DNA of 64,000 nt from Octopus sinensis. Lineage: Eukaryota. Shown in pieces: positions 26,658-40,724 of this stretch (position 1 is its first letter; each line of letters starts with the position of its first letter). Below the pieces are notes generated by a model that saw nothing but the letters and a program-made list of their open reading frames with translations, was not told the DNA's origin and did no database searches. Made by a program: the position numbers and the translations under genes. The stretch is taken from assembly GCF_006345805.1 (NCBI RefSeq), contig NC_043003.1:117118001-117182000 (forward strand), in the 5' to 3' direction.

Positions 26658-27143
26658 AAATAGGGGAAAATAGGGAAAATGAGAATTGTATATATTAATA
26701 CCCATCCGTTACATTACTTACCCCGCGTACCCAATTGTTTGGATCATCTTTGAACTAAATTTTCATACTTTGTGTCTATATATATATATATAATATATAT
26801 ATATATCCAAAGAGATGTTTCAGGAATTCAATCACTAATACCATCCACAACGGGGCATTTTCGGGGCAGCTGATCATTCAACATACTACTGTCATGGCTC
26901 TCCCACAATCTTCTTCTTTTTCTTCTTCTTCTTCTTCTTCTTCTTCTTCTTCTTCTTCTTCTTCTTTTCTCTTCTTCTTCCCTACCAAGAATTCATAACA
27001 ACCTCGAATCCACAAGTGTAAACAAGACAGACAGAGTCAGGCAGAAACGAGGAAAATGTCACTTGTATTTGAACATTAGGCAAATCTTCTTTTAAAGAAA
27101 TTTTCTTTTAATTTTTCCAAAATTTTATTGTTTTCCATGCTTA

Positions 27144-27179
27144 TAGTTGAAAAAGTTTCAATGACTGAAACCGGTACTA
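27144..27179 (+). ncRNA. Minimal hammerhead motif with U3-A8 core
   Basis: TAG-TTGAAAA-AGTT(TCAAT)GACT-GAAA-CCGG-TA-CTA; palindrome ACCGGT. Confidence 0.55.
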
Positions 27180-27222
27180 AATTGTTTTTTATAAAATCAC
27201 TTTAGCATTTCCTATCTTGACT

Positions 27223-27254
<32 letters not shown>

Positions 27255-27740
27255 GATATATATATATATATATATAAATTAAATAATGAGGGAGATAAAT
27301 TGAATATTAATTTAATTAATATAAATTTAAAACCAGTAGCCTGGCATACAAAATAATGAAGAATCAGAGAAAATTCTAATACATTCCGGACTTTAGCGCG
27401 CCAGAACTCAGACATTTGAAATTAACTCCAATGTAATCGGTGAAACTAAGCACGTGTCTGTTTTTATACGGAAAACTGGTGGTTAGTTTTACAAATTATA
27501 TTACCTGTGGAACGATCGTACTACAGATGAGAGATTGCGTAAGTGTTTCATTCGTTAATAGGCGAAACCGCCGGTCTGTGAGTAATTCTGATTTTTTATA
27601 TAATTTTCATGTCTTGCCCGCATATTGTTCTGGTGTCCGCTGAATTTTTCTCTAGAGAACATTCTTTTCTTTGTAGTTTGACCGCAGGTGATCTACTTCT
27701 AGCATATGGCTGACCACATAGTGGTTCTTTAGCCCTTTAA

Positions 27741-27812
<72 letters not shown>

Positions 27813-28239
27813 CTAGTTCTTCGAACCGAGGAAGTAGGTCAAAGTGGAGTCGATTGGGGTTTTAAGAATTGTTACAGAAAAAGAGAAAACGCGGATAAAG
27901 ACTGAGTTCTGAAGAGGTTAAGTTATTTATTTTGTGTGGAATTACCAAGACAACACATAAAACGTGAGGAAGTAAGACAAGAGTTAGGATTTGTAATGAG
28001 TTGTACGTATTCAATAGGAAGCTTGCTTTAGTCTCGGCAGCAGAACGAAATGAAGGGTGATTCTTATTGAGACATTGATCATCATAAATACTGTAATTCA
28101 TATGCAGCTTAAAATATACAGATATCTTTATTAGTATATGCAAGATATAGATTGTGAGCGACAGAGAGAGAGAGAGAGTGGGGGTAGGAGAGAGTGAAGA
28201 AAGGTTTCAAGATGTGACATTTTGTTTAACAGTTTGTTA

Positions 28240-28650
28240 CGAACTGGCAGAAACGTTAGCGCACCGGGCGAAAGTCTTAGCGGTATTTCGTCTGCCGTTA
28301 CGTGCTGAGTTCAAATCCCGCCGAGGTTGACTCTGCCTTTCATCCTTTCGGGGTCGATTGAATAAGTACCAGTTACGCACTGGGGTCGATGTAATCGATT
28401 TAGTCTCTTTGTCTGTCCTTGTTTGTCCCCTCTATGTTTCACCCCTTGTGGGTAATAAAGAAACGGGCATTTCGTCTGCCGTTACGTTCTGAGTTCAAAT
28501 TCCGCCGAGGTTGACTTTGCCTTTCATCCTTTTGGGGTCGATTGAATAAGTACCAGTTACGCACTGGGGTCGATGTAATCGATTTAGTCCCTTTGTCTGT
28601 CCTTGTTTGTTCCCTCTATGTTTAGGCCGTTGTGGGCAATAAAGAAATAA
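28240..28650 (+). mobile_element. SINE family B with a tandemly duplicated body
   Basis: ATTTCGTCTGCCGTTACG...AATAAAGAAA occurs twice, with a period of ~183 bp. Confidence 0.9.
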
Positions 28651-29379
28651 GTATGTTACAAATGTGGACTACTTGAGATATTAAGTGTTTTGACACTTGA
28701 TTTCGTACCTTTTGGATATCTGCAGAAAAAGAAAGCGTTTCCCATTTGCAGAAACTCGAACACTTTGTCATGGTTTTTCACTAATCTTTTAAACTAAGTA
28801 GGTGTCACGCATTTCATCTTTGATTATAGTTATATCACAAATGTTGAACCCAAACTCCGAAAGAGAATTAGGACGATCAGCTTAATCACAAAATACCATA
28901 CAAATGTTTTTTGCTACACTTTACGCTTGGTAACTGGTTATTTACCATTATTTTGTAACTGGGGATTGCAATAGATCGAGAAATATTCCCTATTTCTCTA
29001 TGTAATTGAGGAAAATATGAGTTGATTGTTTTCTCACAAGTTAAGTGTTGCAGCATTTGAATATAGACAATTGAACTCATTCGAGTGCATTCGATCATTT
29101 TAGGGATGTACGAAGGATAAAAATTAATGTTGGAATACAAAAGCTTAACGACCAAGTATAGATTAAATGGCTTAAAGTAATAGAGTACTTATATATATTA
29201 TTAATTTTCTGTTTTTTGTGGTTGTTTTTTGTCAACGAGACTTCAGTAAGACGTGTCTAATACAGCAGTTCAAGGAAGCAGCTCATATCTCCCTGTTCTG
29301 TTCCAGTATTCAAACCAATAATCTCCAATCATGGTCAATGGAACACGAACACTATAAGTATCGAAAAAAAACAATAAAG

Positions 29380-29429
29380 GTAATAACAATAATAATAATA
29401 ATAATGATAATAATAATAATGATAATAAC

Positions 29430-29483
<54 letters not shown>
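29380..29483. repeat. (AAT)n microsatellite
   Basis: Directly visible. Confidence 0.95.
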
Positions 29484-29967
29484 TCAAAGAAAAACTAATG
29501 AGAATTAAAAAGAGAATATTTGCTACTATCATCTATAAAAAAAATGCCGTTATTTAGATTAATTCCATTTCTAAGACTAATCACTCCCGTGATAATTTTC
29601 TTATATTAAATCAAACATCAATAACGATACATCGGGGAAATAACGACCACATTAGTCGCCTGTTAAATTTCGGTAATACGGAGACGATGAATTCTTTAGC
29701 AAGAAATGTTTAATCAGACTATTATATTCAAATTGTCAGCTGTTCTAATTATGTTTCCTTTACAAAATAGTTCTTTCGGGAAGGCCTTCTATTCACCATT
29801 CTTAGTTCACTATTTAGAAGATGATGTTTATTATAAGACACAGAAGAAGTGACAAAACAAAAAAGGCTAGCGAATATTTGCACTGTCAGAAATACGCTTA
29901 AACACGCACACAGACATATAAATGTATGCATAATGCATACATTCATGCATACATACATATATATATG

Positions 29968-30030
<63 letters not shown>

Positions 30031-30077
30031 ATATACATATACATATACTATATATATATATTATATCTATATATGTA

Positions 30078-30147
<70 letters not shown>

Positions 30148-30279
30148 TATATACATATATACATAATATATATATATTATTATATAGATATATATATATA
30201 TATATATGTATATACATATATATATATATAGATATATATATATATATATATATATATAATACATATATATATATATAGG

Positions 30280-30316
<37 letters not shown>

Positions 30317-30340
30317 TATATACATATATATATACATATA

Positions 30341-30398
<58 letters not shown>

Positions 30399-30531
30399 AT
30401 ATATATATTTGCGTGTGTGTTTGTGCGTGTATACATATGTTTTTTTTATTTGTTTCAATTGTTATTTATTGATTAAATTTGACAGGCAAGATGGAAAATC
30501 ACAATCGCACTCATACACACAGTCTCACACA

Positions 30532-30571
<40 letters not shown>

Positions 30572-30607
30572 CACATATATTTATATATATCTATATATAT
30601 CTATATA

Positions 30608-30656
<49 letters not shown>

Positions 30657-30659
<3 letters not shown>

Positions 30660-31028
30660 TGAGAAAATTGGTGTGTGAAAACACGTGGTGGGATATATAG
30701 GAAATAGAAAAGAGTGAAAAAACTACAGAAGGCTTGTTTTATAAGGTTAAAGAATATATTTAAGTTATGTTAGAAATATGTTATAAAATTTTGCATATAG
30801 TAACATTGTTTTTGGAGAAATTACCGGTTTCGTGTTAACTTTTCAAATTTCTCAAATGTATTTACCTACATCGTGTCATGTCTTCGTTATGCAGTGCAAA
30901 GAAAAGTTCCAGGCAGGGGGAGGTAATAAGCGATTTCTTCCGGTATAAGGGAGATAATCGCTCTATATTTCTTTTCCCCTTTTTTAATGAGATAAAACAA
31001 GCATTTTTTCACTCTTTTCTATTTTATA
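30657..31028. mobile_element. Short AT-rich element with partial inverted ends and a hammerhead motif, between (TA)n tracts
   Basis: AAATAGAAAAGAGTGAAAAA...GCTTGTTTT (~30702-30740) is inverted at ~30995-31025. Confidence 0.55.
30815..30853 (-). ncRNA. Minimal hammerhead motif with U3-A8 core
   Basis: Minus strand: GAGAAAT-TTGAAAA-GT(TAAC)AC-GAAA-CCGG-TA-ATTTCTC. Helix I is a perfect 7 bp; helix III is the palindrome ACCGGT. Confidence 0.65.
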
Positions 31029-31052
31029 TTATATAATATATATATATACATA

Positions 31053-31087
<35 letters not shown>

Positions 31088-31949
31088 ATATAATATATAT
31101 ATAATATATATATATACATATATATATATACATAGATATATATACATACATATATACATGCACACGCATATACTCACGCATATATACGACACATATATAC
31201 TGACATATAATATGTATATTTGGTTGAACAAGCATCGGACAGCGTTTTGATTTATACATAACTTCACTTTCTTTTTCCACATTGCCAAAGTGGGCTTTCC
31301 TGTATCAAGATACCGGCGAGTGACTCTGTCGGCTCCATCTAACCAATCAAATGACTGAGATGTCATTCTATCGTTGATTCGAGAGACACTTGCATCTCTT
31401 TGTGTATTCTCTGATCAGTTGTCATAGTAGAAAACTATGAAGGAAGACCTTCCAGTCGTGGCATTCACATCCTTTTGTATATCAGATACAGTTTTTATTA
31501 TCTGTATAGATTCTATAAATAGAGTATAAAATAATCTGTAATGTACGGGGTTTCTATTCTCAGCAGGTCGTAAGATGGTCTTAGATGCGGTGTATTGAAG
31601 AATCCAAACAAAAAAAGAAATATTTAAAATTTATCTAAAAAATAAAACAAATATTTTGAAAACTCATTTTAATTTGCAGACTTTGCTGCGATTCTGCAAA
31701 AGGAATCGAATTTTAATGACAATAAATAAGTTTCTGGAATTAAGGACTCGAGAAGAGGATGTTTTCTGTCACATGAACATATCTTCGCACAATAAGCATT
31801 ATAATAAATAGACAAACTTATGTGAGCCCATAAGTGCAAAAGATGAGGGAGAAAATAATAGAGATACCAAAATTATATGAGAAAAAAAGAAAACGAATGG
31901 GGAATATAATAATAATTCTAGAAGAGAGATGGCGAGCAAGAAAGAAACA

Positions 31950-32480
31950 TTCCTGTTACGAAAAAAAACGGACATTTTAATGTGGTGTGAAAGAAAGTTG
32001 TGAATCTAGTCGAATTTGCGGTTCCTCATGAAGATAACATGGACGCTGCTCGAACTCAAAAGATTGACCGTTATGTACACTTCCTCGAGAAATGTGAAGA
32101 CGCAGGATGGAAATCGGAGCATTTTCCAATCGAAGTTGGATGTAGAGTGGTTGTTGGACACAGTGTGAGACGACTGTTGTTATTGTTAGGCCTAACTCAT
32201 CGTAAAGTCAATACCACCATGACCGATATCCAATCTACAGTGGAGAAGGCTAGCCACTGGATTTGGTTAAAAAGAGACGATGAGCAATGGCTAGAAGAAT
32301 ATTGAGCTTTATTTGATAACCAGTTGATCTAGCAAGTGAGGCCTCGTATCAGTGAGGAGTCTCGGTGCGCACCGATGCCGTCGAGATGTAGGCCTCGAAA
32401 TGGCGCGCATTCTCTCCTGATGACCCCATATATTTGCTTGCTTCCGATATGCAGAGTTATCAACCGATAGCACTTGCATG
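31950..32480 (+). mobile_element. 3' fragment of a HERO/NeSL-like RLE non-LTR retrotransposon
   Basis: ORF 32000-32305, LVEFAVPHEDNMDAARTQKIDRY...GWKSEHFPIEVGCR...VEKASHWIWLKR, is a typical RLE C-terminus. Confidence 0.8.
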
Positions 32481-32978
32481 GTGCCAGTTGTTTGCAAAAT
32501 GTCATTCTAGAATGGAGATGGAGCGCAAGAAAGAAACATAATGGTTACATTATAAAAATAAACTTCATGCTTCGTTTATATAAATTAAAGCGGGAACGAA
32601 TGGTTAAGAGCAAATAGTGTAATACGGATATTGATATCAATAAAACATGTATAAATGAGAAAGAATATTGAATAAGGTAAATTAGATAGACATAATGTAA
32701 GGCAAGAAGACAGAGGCTTAGGGAAGGATTTCTAGAAAAAAAAAAGACTTCTTAATATATTGTTTTGTTGTGTTTATATTATTGATTTTAGTCTTTAATT
32801 CTTCAGGAGAGATTTTTGCCTGAAGATCGCAGTTGTGTGAGACGTGATCCAGAGACAAACATTCAGCATCAGTTTTAATAAAATCCACATCCTCTACAAA
32901 TCTGTAACTTTTATTCAGCAATTCCGTTGACATTAAGCAAGTGTTTGTATGTATATGTGTGTATGTGTATAGACATGC

Positions 32979-33024
<46 letters not shown>

Positions 33025-33029
33025 ATGTG

Positions 33030-33065
<36 letters not shown>

Positions 33066-33204
33066 TAATATATTATATATATATATATTATATATATGTA
33101 TGTATATGTGTATATAATATATATATATATTATATATATATATATATATTATATATATATATATATATATTTATATGTGTATATATATATGTATATATAT
33201 ATAT

Positions 33205-33241
<37 letters not shown>

Positions 33242-33298
33242 TGTATTGTGTGTGTATGTTAGGTTGCTAATTCATTCCTATTTTCATTCGGCGTTTCG

Positions 33299-33512
33299 AA
33301 GGCGGCAAGCTGGCTGGATCTTTAGCAAGTCGGGCGAAATGCTTAGCTGTATTTCATCTGTTTTTATGTCCTCACCTCAAATTCCACCGAGGTCGACTTT
33401 GCCTTTCATCTTATCGGGGTCGATAAATTAAGTACCAGTTGCGTACTGAGGTCGATCTAATCGACAGGCTCCGTCCCTCGAAATTTCAGGCCTTGTGCCT
33501 CTAGTAGAAAGG
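33299..33512 (+). mobile_element. SINE family B variant
   Basis: GGCGGCAAGCTGG head and GTCGACTTTGCCTTTCATC...AAGTACCAG core. Confidence 0.85.
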
Positions 33513-33775
33513 CTCGGGTCATTCAAATACGTAAAGCGTGACTGTGCTGCATCAGAAATGACATAAGATGGTTTTCCATTAATCGCCTCATCAAGAGTGT
33601 TCTGTCGGAAATACTGTTTAAAGAACTTGGAGTAATACTACCAAAATATCGGACTTTGCGCCATGAAGGGTCAACTAATCTACTCATACGTACATACAGA
33701 CACACAGACAGAAATAATATATATTTATACAAACAAACATGTTGCTATACATGTACGCGTGTGTGTTTATACGTG

Positions 33776-33849
<74 letters not shown>

Positions 33850-33854
33850 GTATG

Positions 33855-33887
<33 letters not shown>

Positions 33888-34492
33888 GCATATATATAAT
33901 TTGACAGTGAGAGTGCTTCCTCATAACAACCGTGGACTTTCATAATAATTTCAGTTTTATTGCAATATCGCGTTTGGTTAAACATTTTGAAGAAATAAAC
34001 TTGAACTTGACTCGAAGAAGAAAGAATTTGGCTGACAAAGAACTTTTCTAAAACTACAATGTGTGAATCCATGTGGAACGAATTCAACAATATCCATTGA
34101 TACCGAGTTTCTACATCGAAGTGTTACGAGGATTTTTACATATTGTTCATTATACAAAAATCGTAGACGATAGCAGCTCTAAAATATCGAAAAAATATAA
34201 TTGAAGAAATAAATGAGTTTATCCGAGCTGAAATATTATTCAATGGGTATTTTGAATGCTTTTCAAAAATTCGAATATTATGTAGAATGCCTGATCGAAG
34301 AGGGAAGCTTGAGTGAACACTTAATGCAACGTTCGTTTCAAACCTATTCTTGAAGCTTTAATAGTATTTTATTTTTTAGTAGAGAATTTAATTATTGTGT
34401 GTGTGGGAAATTGTAATCACGTTAGTACCCTATATATATATATGTATGTATGTATATGTATATATATACATGTATGTATGCATCTTTATGTA

Positions 34493-34537
<45 letters not shown>

Positions 34538-34588
34538 GATGCATATATATATATTATATACATATATATACATGTATGTATGTATGCA

Positions 34589-34634
<46 letters not shown>

Positions 34635-34734
34635 CATTATAATATATATATGTATGTATGTATATAAATATGTATATATATATGTATATATATATATGTA
34701 TATGCATATATATATGTATGTATGCATGTATATG

Positions 34735-34765
<31 letters not shown>

Positions 34766-35489
34766 TATATATATACATGTATGTATGTACATATGAATGG
34801 ATGTGTGTGCATGTACTTGCACATGCCTGCACACATATATTACGTATGCATGTCTAAACCATCATAATCACACATATAAATACACCCCATACACACATAT
34901 GCATGCGTATATGTGTGTGCGTGTTCGAATGGAAACTTTAGTTGCGATATCTGACATTACGGGGTATTATAAAATGGCCGCTCACGGTGTATAACACAAT
35001 ATTTTAGATAATTAACAATTCTTTTGGCATACTACATTTTAACTTAATTATCCTACTTCCTAACATCGGTTCGTTCCAGTCATTTTTTCTCGACTCATTA
35101 CATTTTAAATCACAGGTATCAACCCGGGCAAAAGTGTTCGACAGATGGGTTTTTGACATTTTTATGTCACCATATATATTAACTAACCTGTCATCTTGTT
35201 TAGGAAACGTTATAGTAAAAATAACTAACTGAATCATCTCCATAGTCTGCAAATAAGCGTTGGATTATAATTCTAGATTAAGCTCTGATTTCTTCAATTT
35301 CCACCCGACCCCCTTGTTTGAGTACAATAGTTACTGCTTGTCTCCAAATAAGAGAGATTTCAATTATGGATTTTTGCGTGTGTGTTACAATGAATAGTTG
35401 CCCTTTTTAATCAATTCATGCTATTGGCCCGTCTAAGTTTATCTCCCTTTGTTTAATTTTAAAAGATATTCCCACATAGATGTCGGTGT

Positions 35490-36312
35490 AGGCGCAGGTG
35501 CGGTTGTATGGTAAGTAGCTTGTTTACCAACAACATGGTTCCGGGTTCAGTCCCACTGTGTGGCGTCTTCTACTATATACATATATATTTCTTTATCGCC
35601 CACAGGGGGCTAAACACAGATTAAGTCGATTACGTCGACTGCAGTGCGTAACTGGTACCTATTTAATCGACCCTGAAAGGATAAAAGGCAAAGTCGACCT
35701 CGGCGGAATTTGAACTCAGAACGTAACGGCAGACGAAATACCGCTAAACATTTCGCCCAGCGTGCTAACGTTTCTTATTTCTTTATTGCCCACAAGGGGC
35801 TACACGGAGGGGAGAAACTGATTAAGTCGATTATATCGACTCCAGAGTGCAACTGGTACTTTTTTAATCGACCCCGAAAAGATGAAAGGCAAAGTCGACC
35901 TCGGTGGAATTTGAAATCAGAACGTAGCGGCAGACGAAATACCGCTTAGCATTTCGCCCGGTGTGCTAACGTTTCTGCCAGCTCGCCGCCTTACTATATA
36001 ACCTCAGGTCAACCAACGCCTTGTGAGTGGATTTGTTAGACGGAAACTGAAAGAAGCCCGTCGTGTATATATATATACGTGTGAGAGTGTGTGTGGGTAT
36101 GTTTGTGTGTCTGTGTTTGCCCCCTACCATCGCTTGACAACCGATGTTGGTGTTTTTACGTCCCCCGTGACTTAACGGTTCGACAAAAGAAACCGATAAG
36201 GTAAGTACTAGGATTACAAAGAATAAGTCCTGGGGGCGATTTGTCCCACTAAAGTCAGAGCTCCAGCATGGCCGCAATCAAATGACTGAAACGAATACAA
36301 GAATAAACGAAT
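35490..36312 (+). mobile_element. SINE family A with a nested dimeric family B SINE (35580-35991, minus)
   Basis: The family A head at 35490 resumes at 35992. TACTATATA is duplicated at 35571-35579 and 35992-36000. Confidence 0.85.
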
Positions 36313-36589
36313 AGGTTTTCGTGCATTAGTGTTTTCTTTTATTTTATGCTACTTTTCTATGTTAAGATTGACTTCTACGACCGATTACAAAATCCGGAAA
36401 TGCTATTGTTCCATACCAGTTGCTTTGGTCCGTTGCTTTCTGTGGAAACCGGCTTCGTCTCTGGCATCCGCTGAATATAAACAGTCGGCATTCATTTCGC
36501 TCTCAGACTGGCAGATTTCAGGAAACGAAAGCTGTCGATGTTGTTTTTGTTATTCTTCCTAACCTTTAGCGAGTAGAACTACACAACAT

Positions 36590-36780
36590 GGCATGGCTGT
36601 GTGGTATAGTTTCGCTCCCGACCACGTGATTCCTGGTTCGCTACCACTGGATGGAACCTTGAGCAAATGATGTCATCTACAATGGCCTCGAGTCGACCTC
36701 ATGAGTGCATCTAAAAGCAGAAACTGAAAGACGCCCATGTGTTTGTGTATTTGTGTGTGGGCCTGTGTGTGTATGTGCCT

Positions 36781-36820
<40 letters not shown>

Positions 36821-36980
36821 CTGTGTCTTTCCACCGCACCCCCGCACCGCTTGACAACCTAGTGATTAGAAAGCATAAGTACCAGGCCTTAAAAGAATAA
36901 GTACTGAATTCCGCTCGTTCGACTAAAATTACTCCAGCCTGGCCACAACCTGATGACTGACACAAGAAGATAAAAGACAC
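36590..36980 (+). mobile_element. SINE family A, highly diverged
   Basis: GGCTGTGTGGTA head, GAAACTGAAAGACGCCC body and ATGACTGACACAAG tail. Confidence 0.72.
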
Positions 36981-37393
36981 ACGCACAAACATATAATAAG
37001 AGCGTTGTAGTTCGCTTGCAGCATTGTAATATCTAAGAATGTAAAAAGAGAGAAAAGCGACAACTTCTGATAATGCAGTAAGTTTAATAAAACCATTATA
37101 TTTCAGGCACAAAAGAACGTGTCGAACAGTGCAATCCCTGTCCATTGGATAGATTAACGGGTCCTAAATAACTGGATTTTTCTTAGACTGCTCTTTCCTT
37201 TTGAAGATAGGCATTTGTACCTGAAATATATAGGTTTTATTAAACTTATTGCATTGTCGGAAGCCCTCTATCTTCTCTCCTTTTACATACTTCGATATGT
37301 AACATTCGCCATGCTACACTGCTGAAATCTACAAGGCTTTTTTTTCATTCTCTCTCGCTCCCTCTCTCTCCCTCTCTCTCCCTCTCTCTCTTT

Positions 37394-37426
<33 letters not shown>

Positions 37427-37608
37427 CCCCCTCTCTCTCTCTCTTTCTCTCCCCCCTCTCTCTCTCTCTCTCTGTTTCTTTCCTCAAAACGTAAAAGACT
37501 TTTTCATTTCCCCTGTCTTCGTCTTTTGTTTTTCTATAAAATTCAACTACATATATATATATATACACACACTCACACACATACACACATACACACATAC
37601 ACACACAT

Positions 37609-37654
<46 letters not shown>

Positions 37655-39826
37655 TTATTTAATAAATAATATATGCATACATACATACATATATGTACGT
37701 ACCTACATCTACATGTATATATACATGCATATATAAATATATATACGTGAGTACAGGACACCACAAATAGACGTAGAACTCAACGAGAAGCAAAAACGTA
37801 AAAACAAACATGGAAACGGACCTTTTTTAACAACGAAAAAACAGAGTACAAGACAAACAACACAAGGAAAATTCCCCTTCATCAGCTGTCCCTAGTTCGA
37901 CTCATGCGTGTTTCGAAGGTAAGGACATGTATATGTGTTTATAGTAAAATCTATCCATTGTGTCCGTATTATAAGAGACATATTTGTATTTCTCGTATCT
38001 TGCGTCCCCCATATAGGTTTTCCTGGTCGGTCTTAATGAAGATTTTCGTTAAAATCTTGATGTTGATTGTGACATTTCTGTAGTTGTTTCTGTTGCTGTT
38101 CTGTAACTATAATAGCTTACGTACATCACTACTTCGATATTTCCCAGCCGTGACCATCTTATCCTAGATAATTTGTCGAGGGAGAATAGATTACCTAATG
38201 TATATTTCTTATTCTTGTGAAACATGAGTTGATTGGATGAGGATGTAGCTGCTGTTTCTAGAATGTCGAGTGATCATGAAGGAGCTACTTCATTTATCAC
38301 TGGTGCGTTTTGATGGAAAAACGTACGAGACACACCTAAACGGTTTGGCCCCGTCGGGGACCCCTCAACATTCTTTGTTTCATGGTTACTTTAGGCTTCA
38401 TTGTGTAGAGAGCAGATTCCTTATTTAAATTAATAGGATGATTTTAAGGTAGATTTGGCTGTTATGTCTAGCATATTCAGCGAGTGCTGTGTCGTAGAGA
38501 CGCCATTGGTTGTTCTTGTTACTGTTGATGATGTTGCAATTATTTAATGATTGAACCTGTCCTTATCCTATTTTGTTCCCATATACACGAAGCGAGCCCA
38601 AGGCCATTTCCAAGATGGCAGGGTGTGATTTGAGGAATAATTGGCTGTTATTTCTGGCACATCAAATGACTGCAAAGAAGCTTTCTCATTAGCTTCTATG
38701 AAGATAGTAACAGGTTGTGGTGTTAATGGTATGACGAGCGAAGTGATGATTTTCCTTGACGTTGCGCTGTTGACTTTTTTTCGACATCACTGATGTCAGA
38801 TTTTATTAGACGTGGCCATGTTTGTGCTAGTCGTTGAGGAAGACCTACTAATTGCAATTAAACTATACATTATTATTACAAAATAACACTATTAATTCTA
38901 ATTAAGCTCTTTCCTCCTTCTTCATTTTCTTTTCATCTATTTTATGTTAAATTTATCGCAATATTTTTGTTATATGTTTCTTTCGTTCTCATCGTTCCAA
39001 CCGTTTCTTCTTTCCACGTAAATTTGTTCGGTATTTTTCACGCTTGACTTATCAAAGCTTTTCACCTTTTATCAGCGCTAACTTTCATTAATTTTGTCAA
39101 TAATGTAACATTTAATGAACTTTCTATTGCTTTGTGTGTGACTAAAGAATTTAATCGTAGTACTATGTTGTTGTTGCATAATTGCAGTTGGTGTGTGATA
39201 TTTATTGACTAAATCAGGCGTGTACACGCGTGTATATCTACGTTCGTGGTTTTAGCGTCTGTTTATAACGGATAGTGTATATATGACTGCATGAGAAAAC
39301 ATTTGTATTTTTACAGGGTTTTTTTTTATCGTTTCTTCTCCAATAAATATCGATCTCCATGTGTGTATATGTACGTGTTCTTCTGCTTGCCGTAGATATC
39401 TACATTGTCTCTCAGTATTCCAAAATCGATAAAATTGATCTAGGTAATATACTTTCATTGATTCGCAAGCTTTCCTGCAAGATTTTTTTTTTCATTCTAT
39501 AGATAGTCAGAGGAAATTGATGTTCACTCCACTTCTAAAAGGTAGGATCAAAATTTTAACACGTTTTGCTTCCCTATTAACTATTTCTGTGTTTAACAAA
39601 TCATTATTTACAATCTCCCGTAAGCTGGTGAGCTCTCCGAGAATTGATTTCTTTTTCCGATATTCCTTTGTAGCGCACGTGTATTTGAAATATAAACATA
39701 CATTATTTATACCATTCGCTTCAGTTATGGAATTGTAAAAGTGTGACTACACAAGGAAAAATTTAATAATTTACGTATATTTTTGTAACACTTCATTACA
39801 GGCCTTTAGAGTAATTTTAGAATTTA

Positions 39827-40227
39827 CTAGCAGTATCGCCCGGCGTTGCTCGGGTTTGTAAGGGAAATAACTATATAAGAATTTTTAGAGAGTTATAGCC
39901 AAAAAATAGCAAAAAAATGCATTAAAAATAGAAAAAAAATGATGGTAATTTTTTTTTTAAATCGTTGACTCATCGTAGACATTTTTAGAGAGTTACTTCC
40001 CTTATATAATAGCAAAAAATGCATTAAAATGGAAAAAAAATTATGGTAATTTTTTTTTTAAATCGTAGACTCATCGTAGACGCACGCTAATACACAGAAG
40101 GGCTCGATATGAATCACGACTATAAGATACCCGAATTTGGTTAAACTGCCCCGCAAAATGTGGGAGTAGTTAGGAATCTAAATCGTAGGAGACAGACAGC
40201 ACACAACCTCGCTTTTATATATAAAGA
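39827..40227 (-). mobile_element. Non-autonomous Helitron with an internal ~100 bp duplication
   Basis: The minus strand starts A|TCTTTATATATAAAAGC and has the same hairpin and CTAG|T 3' end as 266-658. Confidence 0.82.
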
Positions 40228-40693
40228 TTTGCAACGAGACAATTGAAAAGTGAGGCGGATTCCAACGCCTGAGCAAACGCCTGATCAAATATGGGCTGAC
40301 GGCTGAGTATATCTACTCATAAACTGAATGGTGCAGTGGTTGGTTAGGAAGCAGGATAACTTCTGGTCTTTATTATATCATACATCTTGACCATAGCAAT
40401 TTCATTGTATTAGTCATTTGCGACCTCAGATCAGATCCAGTCACTATTTTCCCAGCAGAGGGTGCTGTTATTCTCTAATTCTATATCGGGGCCCGTCATT
40501 ATGCAATGAGCCATCATATTATGAAATAGGATGGTGTGAAAGAAATTTGATGAAGGAATTTATTAACTTACATATAAATTCCAAGAGTAAATAGTAATGA
40601 GTTTAAAAAAGAACTCATCTCAAATTCTAACTAAAGCACACAAGGGGTGGGGAGAAATAGAAGAAACGCTCGTGGACGTACGGAATGCATGTA

Positions 40694-40724
<31 letters not shown>

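Noticed and set aside
37865-37930. Minus-strand GAAAC...CTGATGA circularly permuted hammerhead
   Set aside because: The core words are present, but helices I and III could not be paired convincingly in this copy.
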